Positions 10,044 to 21,461 of a stretch of DNA of 64,000 bases are shown one piece after another. Numbering within the stretch: position 1 is the stretch's first letter; the number at the start of each line of letters is the position of its first letter. A model generated the notes under the pieces. That model was not told the origin of the DNA, ran no database searches, and was given only the letters and a program-made list of their open reading frames with translations. Origin of the DNA: Epithemia pelagica (lineage: Eukaryota; Protista; Bacillariophyta); contig OX337233.1 of the NCBI GenBank assembly GCA_946965045.2, positions 124,001-188,000 of the forward strand, read 5' to 3'. The position numbers were made by a program, and so were the translations under genes.

Positions 10044-10730
10044 GGTTGTTCCAGAATATTAACTGCAGAATTTATGAGGATCGGGACACTGTATTGTAGG
10101 TTTTGCTTTGCTCCTGTGATTCTGATGGATGCGGACTGGAAGCACGACTGACTTGCCGAAATCGATGGAGAGAGAAAAATCGTGACCGTAGTCACAGACC
10201 AAGCATCCTTTTCGGAGAAGTTTTTGGATACCGAAATTAACGACACAGAACCACTGGTATGTATATGGCTCCGATCTATTTCTCTCTATCCCTGTGTTTT
10301 GCATCCATAGATTCTTCGTTCTTCCTGGGCGCTCGTGACTAGAGGATCTCTTTGCAATCCTACTTGTCGAGCCTCTGCTTTCAATAACCACAACTACTCT
10401 TCTTACAAAGGGACCCATGGGATGGTGATGTTGTTAACAGGAAACACGAGATTCCATGTACCCATCATTGCTGATCTTTTTGAGGATGAATGCGGTAAAT
10501 CAGAAGAGTACTCGATATCACCCTGTTTGCATTGGTCCATGGTGGATCGCTCGGTTTCTTTTCTTGTTGCTCATGTAGCGTTAGGATTTTGTTGCGAAGA
10601 AGACAAACTGGAGGGACCACTTGGTTGATCGAGAGAGTCTCACCAACAACGATTGTACACCACCAGCATCAATGTGGGGTCTTGGGGAAGCAGACAAGCT
10701 TGCAGAGGGAGTTTGTGGATGAGGAATGAC
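10044..10730 (-). promoter_or_regulatory. Kelch-type upstream/leader module placed before the PLD-like gene
   Basis: Aligns by eye with 38723-39440 (upstream of kelch K6), including CTGCAGAATTTATGAGGATCG and AACCATG at the start codon. Confidence 0.75.
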
Positions 10731-10949
10731 GCATCGTCAACGTTTCTGCATCCTCGGTGCTACCGCTTTTGTGGAATGGTCGTTGTTGTTCTCCCTTGTT
10801 CCATTTCATTCGAAGCGCCTTTATATGGTTGGTCTTTTTCCTTGCGACAATCTTCGTAGTCTTTCACCAAGAAAAGGAAGAAGAGAAGTACATGCCTCGT
10901 CACTGGCAGAGTCTCATAAACTGCTCGTAACGAACGATTCCATGGTTTC

Positions 10950-12790
10950 CCATGGAATGTGGCAGTAGATTCTATTGTAGAGTGGTCGTCTTGGCGACGA
11001 GAGCAACTGTCAATTGTCCGCTTATTTTTCGAATAGAGGAAAGAGTGGAACTGTTCGTCTCGGTCGGCGCGCCTGTGAGCACAGGACAGAATACTCGCAG
11101 TGTGACAGGGCTGGTCTTGGTCGGCGCGCCTCTGCGAGCCATTCCTGTCCTCATTCCGCGACCAAGATTTGGAAGGGACTCCAGACTTTGGGGGAGGGGG
11201 ACTCCACACTCCACCTCAACATCACAGTTTGGGGGAATATCCATTGAAACGAACGACAAAAAGATACCATCAGCACCACAATGAGTCGGTCGCCGTCGTC
11301 GCCGTCTTTGGTTTCGGAGATTGACCTTTTCGCGCCTTCTGGCAGCGTTTTCTGCTGTGATTTGCTCTCACATCTCCCGTCGAGAAAGACTCTAAAGAAG
11401 ACTCTAACCAGATGAACATACTCAACGACAACTTTCATCGCAACAAGCTAGAAATCGTACCTTGGCTTTCGATTCGCAACAGGAGGTCAAGTGCAACAAA
11501 AAACAGAACAACAAAAAGAAGAGCACTAGGGCGATGGTATGCTTCCTCATCCACATGTCTTTCGTGGAACGAGAATCAACAACAAGACCACGCAAATCTC
11601 TTTGTGTTGTGGCACCGCATGGCAGTCTGGTCGACAATTATGTGGACCCTTTCTCGACATGATACTATGAGGACCTGCTGAATCGATGACAAAGTCGCCC
11701 CATTGGAGGTAGTTGCGCCGCTGACGAGGAGCGCAGTACTATGGATTGAAGTATGGAACGCTATTCAACTCCCTCCCGACGCGTCCGATTGGAGTAGTGA
11801 AGAATTGATCATGGGAGAAGGTCGCATCTCCCCTTCATGTCCACATACGAAGATTCAAGCTGGGTGTCGGTGTGGAACGACAAGGCAGCAACGCCAACCA
11901 GAATCAAGCGAACAAGAAGAACAACAACAACACAACAAGTACTAGTAGACTACAGCCAAGACATGATCGGCGGCATTCGTGGTCGTGGTTTTGTTGTTGG
12001 TACCACTGAGTTCGGTACGAGGCTCAAATGTGGTAGTGATCGAGGTCCAACACTGCTGTGAGACGATAGGCATGACATGATCGGCGCAGGTCGTGGTTTT
12101 GGTGGTGCTGTACGAGGCACAAACGTTGTAGTGGTCCATGTCCAACAGTGCTGTTCGACAGTGTTGCAATCGTGCAACAAGGTTTCGGCGGAACTGGCAT
12201 TGAGGGGCAAAACATAACCTTGCACACTGCGATTGTTCTTGTGGATCCCCATGGACTGATACCCATGGACTGTCAACGAGCCACTACGGAGAGACTGATT
12301 GCTGGATCGACGCAATCAATTTGCCGACCTCATGATAAAGTATAGTTGCTGTATTGGAGGAACTATCGAACACTTCGGTGGCAAAAATTCCCAAGGATTC
12401 GCAAATGTCCTGTTACCCAAAACCACCACGAGCATCGAGAGACGGTGTACTGTCCTCTCACGTAGTATGCATGGGCCATAGAAGGACCGGACCTCATAGT
12501 TTAACGCATGGTCGACCGTCCAAACGAGTCGCTGCGCCAAGTGTTTCAGGCACGCAACCATAATCCTCCACAGCATGATAACTCGACCTATTCAACAGCG
12601 GAGAGGCATGGTCCCATGGACATCTACCCAAGGACTGGCTCCACTATGGTGTAACTTTACAACGGAGTACATGATATCTCAATAATAGTTCGCAATGTCA
12701 TGAAGAAAACAATACAACTACGATTTGAGAACGAAATGATAATGTTTTAGTTCTGCCAATGTTAGGACATACATGCAATGCGTTGCAAAT
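10950..12790. repeat. Repeated spacer module downstream of kelch genes
   Basis: Similar blocks at ~21590-23420, ~40790-41395 plus 47665-48670 (split by copia-2) and ~53690-54878; boundaries approximate. Confidence 0.8.
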
Positions 12791-12791
12791 T

Positions 12792-13991
12792 TCAAGTTCC
12801 ATCCTTCCCTTCATCACCACGGTGCGTATTGGGCCTTGCTCGTTTACAAGCTAATGTCGATGTGGAGAAGGGTGAGATATCATCATCTTGGATACCCACA
12901 CCTTCAAGAGAATGATACCATCCGTTTGGATGCTGGTCACAGAGTCGACGAAAGCACCACGTACTCTTGTCCATTAGTGGTAATGTCGCACAGGTAGGAT
13001 TGTACACACCACCAATCACGGCAACTTGATTGGCAACAGTCACCATACTGCAGCCCCTGGGTAAATTCACTGGTGGGAGATTCCACACACGGTTCCGGCG
13101 CGTATCCAGAACTTCCACGGTTGAATTGACCCATGCTCCTCCCGCCACAACCAGACAAGATCCCACGGCAACCACTGCACAAGATCTTCGTGCATTGGAA
13201 AGCCTCAACTCCAAATGAGTGGTCCAGGTGGGTGTGAAAGAAATAAACATCGAGCCAGTTTCCTTTTCTGTCTCATCATTGGCAAAGGGTGTTGCGAAGT
13301 CCAAATACTCCAGCGAGCCAAGATTGCCATTATCGTTTTGGCCTCCAACGACAAAGATGCGGTGACCAATGACCGCACTGGCACATAATTGTCGAGGAAC
13401 AGTCATGGATGGTCCCGCAGTGACTATGTGGTTGTTTGTATCAATAATATCCACCGACGGCACATAACGATCGTTGTAGCCACCCATTACAACGATGTAT
13501 CGGTTGTGCACCGCAACAGCACAACATCCCATTCGTCTCGTTGATAATCGACAGCTTAATCTGGTCCAATTACTCTCATGTGTGGTGCTTGATGTCAAAG
13601 ATGAATGTAGCAAGTCATCGGCATCGATTCGTTCAATAGAGTCAAACGAACCTTCATCGTATCCTCCCATCACGTAGACGGCTCTGTTGCACACAGCAGC
13701 GGCATGTCCAAAACGTTTCTTGTTCAAGGGCGTTCCTTCTCGCCATTGCTTGTTGGACTCTGCCAAGTTTAAGACAAGAATGGAATCTAGCTCGCCTTGA
13801 CCTGGTTGATATCCGCCCAACACGACGACGGTTTGCTCCTTGTTGTTATCGGTAGGATTCAGTACGACCGAAGCATGATAGTAACGCCATCCACCCTCAA
13901 GAGAAGGCCAGTCCTCGAGATTCCATTCAGGTGGCTCGTCCGATAAGACAAGGCCCGACTGTCGTGCTTGTTCTTTCAGTGTCGTGGTCAT
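12792..13991 (-). CDS. Kelch-repeat protein K1 (399 aa, intact, intronless)
   Basis: Six kelch blades with R-x-x-h...VxGG...Y/W motifs; start MTTTLKEQ. Confidence 0.9.
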   Translation of the reverse strand: MTTTLKEQARQSGLVLSDEPPEWNLEDWPSLEGGWRYYHASVVLNPTDNNKEQTVVVLGGYQPGQGELDSILVLNLAESNKQWREGTPLNKKRFGHAAAVCNRAVYVMGGYDEGSFDSIERIDADDLLHSSLTSSTTHESNWTRLSCRLSTRRMGCCAVAVHNRYIVVMGGYNDRYVPSVDIIDTNNHIVTAGPSMTVPRQLCASAVIGHRIFVVGGQNDNGNLGSLEYLDFATPFANDETEKETGSMFISFTPTWTTHLELRLSNARRSCAVVAVGSCLVVAGGAWVNSTVEVLDTRRNRVWNLPPVNLPRGCSMVTVANQVAVIGGVYNPTCATLPLMDKSTWCFRRLCDQHPNGWYHSLEGVGIQDDDISPFSTSTLACKRARPNTHRGDEGKDGT

Positions 13992-15541
13992 GGTTCTAAA
14001 CAATGACTGCAGAATTTATGGGGATCGAGACACTGTCTTGACGCACGTAGGTTTGCTCTGCTCCTTTCGTTGTGATGTTGATGGGTGTGGACTGGAAGCA
14101 CGACGACTATCTTGACGAAATGGATGGGTTACGAGACAAATCGTGACCGTATCAACGCGATGAAGAAAACCACGCATCCTTCTTGGGAGTATCGTGGGCG
14201 TTTTTGGAACCTGTGATTGCTGATGGGTTCGGACTTATCCCCAGCGGTGAAGATCCAGGGTGCACTCACTGTAATCCCCCCCCCAAATTACTCGTTTCTC
14301 TTCTTCCGAATCGACGACCTTTCCCAACCAGTCACGGATATGGGATCGTGCGGAATCACAGTCATCTTCCCCCACTCCCCACCAGTCATTGAAACAGGCA
14401 ATTGTGAGGGCAATAGTAGATGTTGGGGAGGATGTGACGCAGTGTCTTCTCGTTGGGCTTGCTGGGAGAAGGAAAACAAAACACCAGAGAACCAACACCC
14501 AAACCGGAACAAACTAGATGGAACGAGACGATGCGGTCAAACACCAATGTCTCGCATCATTGTCATCATCTAATTGCTGTTGATTCGAATTGACTGTGGG
14601 GGTGTGGCAGTCTCGTTCGAACCGAGAAACAGGGAAAGCAGCATGATGGTGGTGATGAAACATTGTCCGTTTCGTGGGCTTTGGTGCAACTCATGGTTCT
14701 GGTCGTTCTTGTTCTGCCGCCGACAATTCCCTTGCAGAACAATTCCATGCCTTTCGCATCCGTCATCCAGGCTTGCAGACCACGGCACCAATTCGTTCGA
14801 ACGCTGATCAATTCAAGTGTTTTGATCTCGTGTGCCCCTCCGCACTGTCCTCCTCCCACCAGCATTCGTCCGGGTGTCAGCATGCGATCTTTGTGGGACA
14901 ACCATGAGGAAGAACAACCACACCAAGACGTTGTGTACAAGAGCGGGCAAAGGCATGAATTTTCTTTCAGTGAGGTGGGAGCGGTAATGTAATAGTGACC
15001 TCTCAAGCTACCCTTGCTCGTTGGACAGGCGTGACATTGGTTCTTCTTTGTCGGTATCTCTTTCAATATCTTTCAACCAATGACCGTTTTCAAAGACGAC
15101 GCTGCACGTTTGGATGCATATCGTGTTTGCCGGCTCCACACGCTCTTGTGCGAATATGGAAAGGATTCGATAAGTCCCATCTACAACGAAAGTCGCTGCT
15201 GGCATCTCGGGAATTGGGATGCTACGCCGCTCTCTTTACCCGCCCAGAAGCAAGATGGACAGTATCTCACATTGGGTACTAATCGAATTGGTCAAATTCC
15301 ACCGCGCGTTTTTGGGTTCTAACTGACAATCATCACCGAACCTTTTGAGTTTGCCGTGTTCCAGGTAAGACGTCTCGCTGACCTGGCATCCGATTTGGCC
15401 ATGGTGTACATGTCCAATTCTTGGTTGGTGTTGAATTCCACTCGCTCGGGGACATAGTGTGGGTGTTCAGGCGGTCCCACACCGCAAGGTTTCCCAGACT
15501 TTTACTTACCCACAACCCTTTTGCCATTGACGTCCGAACCA

Positions 15542-15798
15542 TCGACCTCTGTTCCGACCACCACTTTCTCCTCAAGGCAAGAAAACAATCAACCGTAGCC
15601 AGAGCAAACGCTCACCGTCATGGATGCTTGGTTAGATCAGATAGCTCCGAGCATAGCGCGCCTCGGTCTGTCGACCCCTGTTCCGACCACCACTTGCTCA
15701 AGGCAAGAAAACAATCAACCGTAGCCACAGCTAACGCTCACCGTCATTGATGCTTGGTTAGATCAAATAGCTCCGAGCATAGCGCGCCTCGGTCTGTC
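15542..15798 (+). repeat. Two-copy tandem duplication, ~129/126 bp
   Basis: tcgacc...gttccgaccaccac...agcgcgcctcggtctg repeated from 15542 and 15671. Confidence 0.9.
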
Positions 15799-16184
15799 TC
15801 CACAGTCACGAGAGTGTCTCCCTGTTATGTGGACAAGGAGACGATGCATTCCGAGGATGGAAACGGGTGGTGCGAGGGAGTATTACTTGCCACGGAGAAA
15901 TACTTCAGGGACTGCCAAAGTACTCAACAATACGACAGTAGCACTCAACACAGAGCAAAACTCTGCAGAATCCATGACATTGTTTTGTCGTTTCGGAACA
16001 GTCGCGCTATCCCGGACACGTCGTATGACATGATTGATGATTTCATTTGTACAATAAGGATTCACATGAGAACTCCGCAGGCAGCGGACACTACGAAAAC
16101 TGTTTGAGATCAACATGTTTGAGATCAAAATGATCATTAGATAGCTTCACCATTCTAGGACATTAAAGCAACGTGATGCCCACT

Positions 16185-17339
16185 TCAAGTTTCATCCGCC
16201 CCTTCATCACCACGGCGTGTATCACGCCTTGTTAGTGAAATATGAACATGTCGGATATCTATTCTTTCCCGGAACTGGTACCATCCGTTGGGCTGCTGTT
16301 CACAGAGACGACGAAAACACCACGTATTCTTGTCCACTAGTGGCAATGTCGCACAGGTAGGATTGAGCTCTCCACCAATCACGGCAACCTGATTGGCAAC
16401 AGTCACCATACTGCAGCCCCATCGTTGTTCTTGCAGTCTAGGGAGATTCCACACGCGGTTGAAGTGCGTATCCAAGACTTCCACGGTTCGTCCTCCTGCC
16501 ACCACCAGACAAGATCCCACGGCAACCACTGTACAAGAATATGGTGCATTGGAAAGTACCAAATGAGAATGAGTGGTCCAGGTGGGTGAGAAAGAATTGA
16601 ACGTCGAGCCAGTTTCCTTCTTTGTCTCTTCATTGTCACCAGGCTTTGAAAATTCCAAATACTCCACCGAGCGTCCTGTGTAGCCTCCAACGGAGAAGAT
16701 GCGGTTACCAATGACCGCACTGGCACAATTTGATCGAGGAACAGTCATGGATGGTCCAGCAGTGACAATGTGATTGTTGGTATCAATAATCTCAACAGAC
16801 GACAAATAACGACCGTTGTAGCCACCCATCATAACAATATATTGGTTGTGCACTGCGACAGCACAACATCCCCATCGTTGCGTTGATAATCGACAAGTTA
16901 ATGTCGTCCAATTGCTCGCATGTGTGATGCTGTTTGTTGTTAAAGGTGATAGCAGCAACTCCTTTTCGTCAATTCGTTCGATACAATCAAATACTGAGCT
17001 TCCATTGTAGCCTCCCATGACGTAGACTCCTCCGTTGCACACAACAGCGGCATGTCCAATACGTTTCTTGTTCATGCGTGGCCCTTCGCGCCACTGCTTG
17101 TTTGATTCTGCCAAGTTTAATACAAGAATGGAATCTAGCTCGCCTTGACGTGGTCGATATCCACCCAACACGACGACGGTTTGTTCTTGGTTGTTATCGG
17201 GATGATTCAGTACGACCGATGTATGAAACCAACGCCATCCACCCTCAAGAGGAGGCCAATCGTTTTCATTCCATTCTGCTGTGTCGTCCGATAAGACAAG
17301 GCCCGACTGCCATGCTTGTTCTTTCAGTGTTATGGCCAT
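16185..17339 (-). CDS. Kelch-repeat protein K2 (384 aa, intact)
   Basis: Six kelch blades; start MAITLKEQAWQSGLVL. The ORF-track extension upstream is leader sequence. Confidence 0.9.
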   Translation of the reverse strand: MAITLKEQAWQSGLVLSDDTAEWNENDWPPLEGGWRWFHTSVVLNHPDNNQEQTVVVLGGYRPRQGELDSILVLNLAESNKQWREGPRMNKKRIGHAAVVCNGGVYVMGGYNGSSVFDCIERIDEKELLLSPLTTNSITHASNWTTLTCRLSTQRWGCCAVAVHNQYIVMMGGYNGRYLSSVEIIDTNNHIVTAGPSMTVPRSNCASAVIGNRIFSVGGYTGRSVEYLEFSKPGDNEETKKETGSTFNSFSPTWTTHSHLVLSNAPYSCTVVAVGSCLVVAGGRTVEVLDTHFNRVWNLPRLQEQRWGCSMVTVANQVAVIGGELNPTCATLPLVDKNTWCFRRLCEQQPNGWYQFRERIDIRHVHISLTRRDTRRGDEGADET

Positions 17340-18074
17340 GGTTGCAAACCTTTCGACTTCAGAATTTATGGGATGTAGGTTTGCTCTGCTCCTTTCATTA
17401 TGATGGGTGTGGACTGGAAGCACGACTGACTTGACGAAATGGATGGACCAAAGAGGGGAAGGAGATTTCGTCACGAGACAAATCGTGACCGTAGCCACGC
17501 AATGAAGAAGATCACACATTCTTCTTGTTCGGAGTACCGTGGAAGTGTTTTTGCATACCGGAATAAACTTTATGTTTGTTGGCACTGCTCTTGTTGTTCC
17601 ATCCTGCTAGTACTGCTGATTGATCGTCGGAGTCCATCAGCATGACACGGGTGCCTGTCGTTGTGCGCAATTCATCTGATGGGGTTGAAAAGCTTCCAAC
17701 TGTGGAACACTTGAGAGAGATGGACGCGAACACACACCGTCAGTCGGTCCATTACGTCCATTGTCAAACGACGAGAAAGAGTGGCCGACGTCGTCTGGTC
17801 GTCGACCAGTGACCGTGGGTTGTCTCCTTTTCTGTCTTGTGTGGTGTCACATGTAGCTCTCACTCTACCCGATTCTGTACGTGAGGACACAGAAGTGACT
17901 CTGTCTTTCTGGGAATCCGAACTCACTTGCAAGAGGTTGCGACCACAAAGGTTTCCTCGCGCTTTGCATACACCGGCAGATTGTGACCTCTCACATCTGC
18001 CCCCGCCGAGGAGGAATGGTGGCACAAACAAGATCTTTTTTGATTTCTGTGCATGATATATACATGATGATAAT

Positions 18075-19400
18075 ATGGATCAAAAACCCATTAAAACGAA
18101 GACGACAACGACTTTCGACCTCAACAAGCCAATTAACCGCAACATGTCTCTTCCAGAAACGACAATGGAGGGAAACAACCCTGAAATGAACGAATGTAAT
18201 CCATGGGAATTGCAAGGCACTCGAATCAGCCCCGAAATGAAGCAAAAAATGGTGGATCACTTTGGGGAACGAAAGTTGCCAGTCTTGACCAACACCAAAG
18301 CCACTGATCGCAGTGCACAAGTCATTCTCGATTTGGATAGAGACGTCAGGAACGTAAGACGTGCTAATGTGGCGTGGTTCTATCTGAAGCTCGATGGTAC
18401 GAATATCGGTGACGTGGGCATTGAAGCGCTCGCCCGGGCATTCGTCCAAAAAGTATTAGCCCGAGCATTTGTCCAAACCACCCAACCAAATCCAGAGCTA
18501 GCTTTGTCTTACATAAAAGCCCTGGACGACAAAACGGCGGTTGGATTGGCGAATGCCATCAATACGAATCCATCCTGGGTGACCTTGTGGATTGAGAAAT
18601 GCAATTTTGGATCGCGTGGAGTAAAAGCAATGGTAGGCGCTTTGAGCAACAATCATGCTTGGCAAACTTTTGAACTTGTTGAAACGAACCTTGAAGATGA
18701 AGAAGTTGAAGTACTGGCAAGAGCACTGCAACAAAATACCCAATGGACAAACTTCAAGCTCGATTTAGTGCAGTTTTCTTCTGTGAATGGACTCAAAGCC
18801 TTGTGTGAAGCCTTGAGTGAAAATAAGACATGGAAATGATTCCGACTTGGCGGTATTCCTTGGTCTCGGACCGACGAATGTGAAATGGAAGAATTGTCAC
18901 ATGCCTTGCGTTGCAATCAATGCTGGGAAACCGTTCACTTTGGATGGCCTTTTCTTTTTGATGGAGGACTGGTATCCGTTGCCAAATCACTGGATGGCAA
19001 CACAATCTGGCGAGTGTTTGATCTGGATTTGGACAAGACAAAACATGTCGAGATAGTTACCGAGGCTCTCCGTGAACAAAAGTGTTGGAAATATTTTATT
19101 TTGAGACTCCCTAAAAGCACTCCCGACCAAGGGGTTGAAATGTTGGCCAATCTACTAAAAACGTCACCAAGCTGGGAACGGTTTGTTTTACATCTGAGAT
19201 ATCACGAACAACTTGGGCCATGGCTCAAGGTTGGTCCAGCCATTCTCCAAGAACGGTTGGAGAAGCATTGGAACTCGTTGGTGCTTTGGCTTCCGTCCAA
19301 GCATGGCGACAAACCTGACCTCATAAAGCACCTACCCTTTCAACTAGAGAATCATCAACAAGAAGAAATTGGAGTGACGGCAGAAACAGCGTTGTGGTGA
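18075..19400 (+). pseudogene. RI-like leucine-rich-repeat protein with one in-frame TGA (18837-18839)
   Basis: ~28-aa repeats (LKLDGTNIGDVGIEALA; NPSWVTLWIEKCNFGSRGVKAMV; NHAWQTFELVETNLEDEEVEVLA). ORFs 18075-18839 and 18885-19400 are in the same frame. Confidence 0.75.
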
Positions 19401-19734
19401 TTACACCAAAGGTCGAAGCAACCCACACTCCACCCGATCAGTGTGATCAGCGAGCCAGACGATCGGGCGATTCCCCGACAAACAAGAAATAGATACACGA
19501 ATTGCGCCATTCCGACTGCGACGAGCAAAACCATTCGACCACACAACCGCCTCGGGCGACTCGTGTTCCAACACGACCAACCATTCATACGGTGTGGGTG
19601 GCAAGGCTTCCATAATGGCCAAGACATGACCGACGGCATTCGTTGTCGTGGTTGTGTTGTTGGTGCTGCTGCTGAGTTGGGTACGAGGCACAAAGGATGT
19701 ACTGGTCGAGGTCCAACACTGCTGGTCGACAGCA

Positions 19735-21060
19735 GTGTTATTGTCGTGCAACAAGGTTTCGGTGTAACTAGCATTGAGGGGCAAGACATCGCGATGGGGA
19801 ACGGCTTGTTTCCAGGCATGAGCAATTGAACGAGCAATATTGCGACAGGAAATAGTGGTGGTGGATGTTTCCTGACTCGTCGTCGTCAATGGCACAAAAG
19901 TGCCCACAAAGTCCAGCTTCCAAGACGGAGTTCAACACAGTTGGTTCCACGACAATGATACCATGAGTTTCGTTCATATGGAGGAAGAACGATGAAGGCC
20001 TTCTTCTTTGTGGCTGCGTTGGTAGTTCGGGAGGTTGTGGTGTGTCAACGATAAGGCTCGATTCCTTGTTGTCGTACTGCTGGTCCATTGCGACAACTGG
20101 CACGACCAATCCGATTTGGTGGGTTCCTCTTGGACTTGTTCTGGAGGGACTTTACTGTCCTCGTTGCAACTGTCCTCCTGACGAGACGAAATTCCATTCG
20201 CAGGAGACAACGTGGGTTGTTCGATCGTAGCCAAGAGGGTCTTGCAAAAAGTGTTGCGGTATACGTCTCTGGACGTAGGGTTCCGCCGATCCACCATGGA
20301 AGCAGGAAACTTGATGGTGAAGAATCGAACACATTCGGTCGCATGGTGACTCCTCCGAAAGGGACACTGTTCTTGGTTATCGTGTCGGGATTGGACATGA
20401 CACGGTCCTCCCTCCTTACTTCCATCCAAAAATGGAACCATCAGAAGCGGGCCTCATCCAGTCCAACAAAGTTTTGCCTTGTCGTGCTTCTGCTCCTGAT
20501 CCTCTCATCATCGGACTTTTGGATCCACCTGTTTCGTCCTTTTGTCGGATTCATCAAACTCTAGAAAATTGAAACAAAGCCAATTTGAGAACTTTTTTGG
20601 AATATAGTTACCAATCGATGACGTTGTGCCGTGTAAAGAAGTGCCATGATACCACCACAAGGACATGGCCAAGGCGTAGTACCACTCGTAGACACGCGCA
20701 AGTCGGATCGTTCCTTCCATGCCTTTGACAACAAACAAGCACATTCTATCTTGCAACATGTTCTTTCTACTTTTGAGTAAACACTAACAAGGTTTAAGGA
20801 TTGCAATCGAACGTAGAAAACAAGTCAATGACTTATAACAAAACGTCTAGGTTTTCATCCGTCCCTTCATCACCACGGTGAGTATCGAACCTTGCGCGTT
20901 TACAAGCTCATGTCGATGTGGAGAAGGGTGAGATATCATCATCTCGGATACCCAAACCTTCAAGAGAATGATACCATCGATTGGGCTGCTGCTCACAGAG
21001 TCGACGAAAGCACCATGTATTCTTGTCGATTAGTGGCAATGTCGCACAGGAAGGAATTTG
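19735..21060. repeat. Segmental duplicate (K3 3' end and flank)
   Basis: Near-identical to ~50160-51520 (K8 3' end and flank); boundaries approximate. Confidence 0.85.
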
Positions 21061-21461
21061 CCATCCACCAATCACGGCAACTTGATTGGCAACAGTCACC
21101 ATGGTACAGTCCTCGCGGTGATTTACGAGTACACGCCGCCATTGCAAACAACAGCGGAATGTCCAGCACGTGTCTTGTCCATGGATGGTCCTTCTCGCCA
21201 CTGCTTGTCTGGGTCCGATAGATTCAATACAAGAACGGAATCCGTGGCACCTGGGGATTGTCTGTAACCTCCCATCACGACGACCGTTTGTCTGTCGTGA
21301 AAGTTATCGTTTTCCTTATCGGGATGATCAAGTACGACCGTAGTTTGACGGTCTCGCGCTCCTCCCACAAGAGGAGGCCAATCGTTTTCATTCCATTCTG
21401 GTGTCTCGTTCAACAAGGCAAGGCCCGAATGCCATGCTTGTTCTTTCAACGTCGTGGGCAT
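20833..21461 (-). pseudogene. Kelch K3, internally deleted
   Basis: Blade 1 and the start of blade 2 are joined out of frame at ~21120 to blade 6 (NHREDCTMVTVANQ); ~0.58 kb shorter than K8; extra TGA at 20908-20910. Confidence 0.88.

Noticed and set aside
14224-14260. GGGTTCGGACT (B-box-like) motif, also at ~21546
   Set aside because: No A-box, cloverleaf or tail; it cannot support a tRNA or SINE call.
15080-15900. Sparse-stop plus-strand frame (MTVFKDDAARL...GPTPQGFPDFY...)
   Set aside because: It may be a decayed gene, but it has several stops and no recognisable family.
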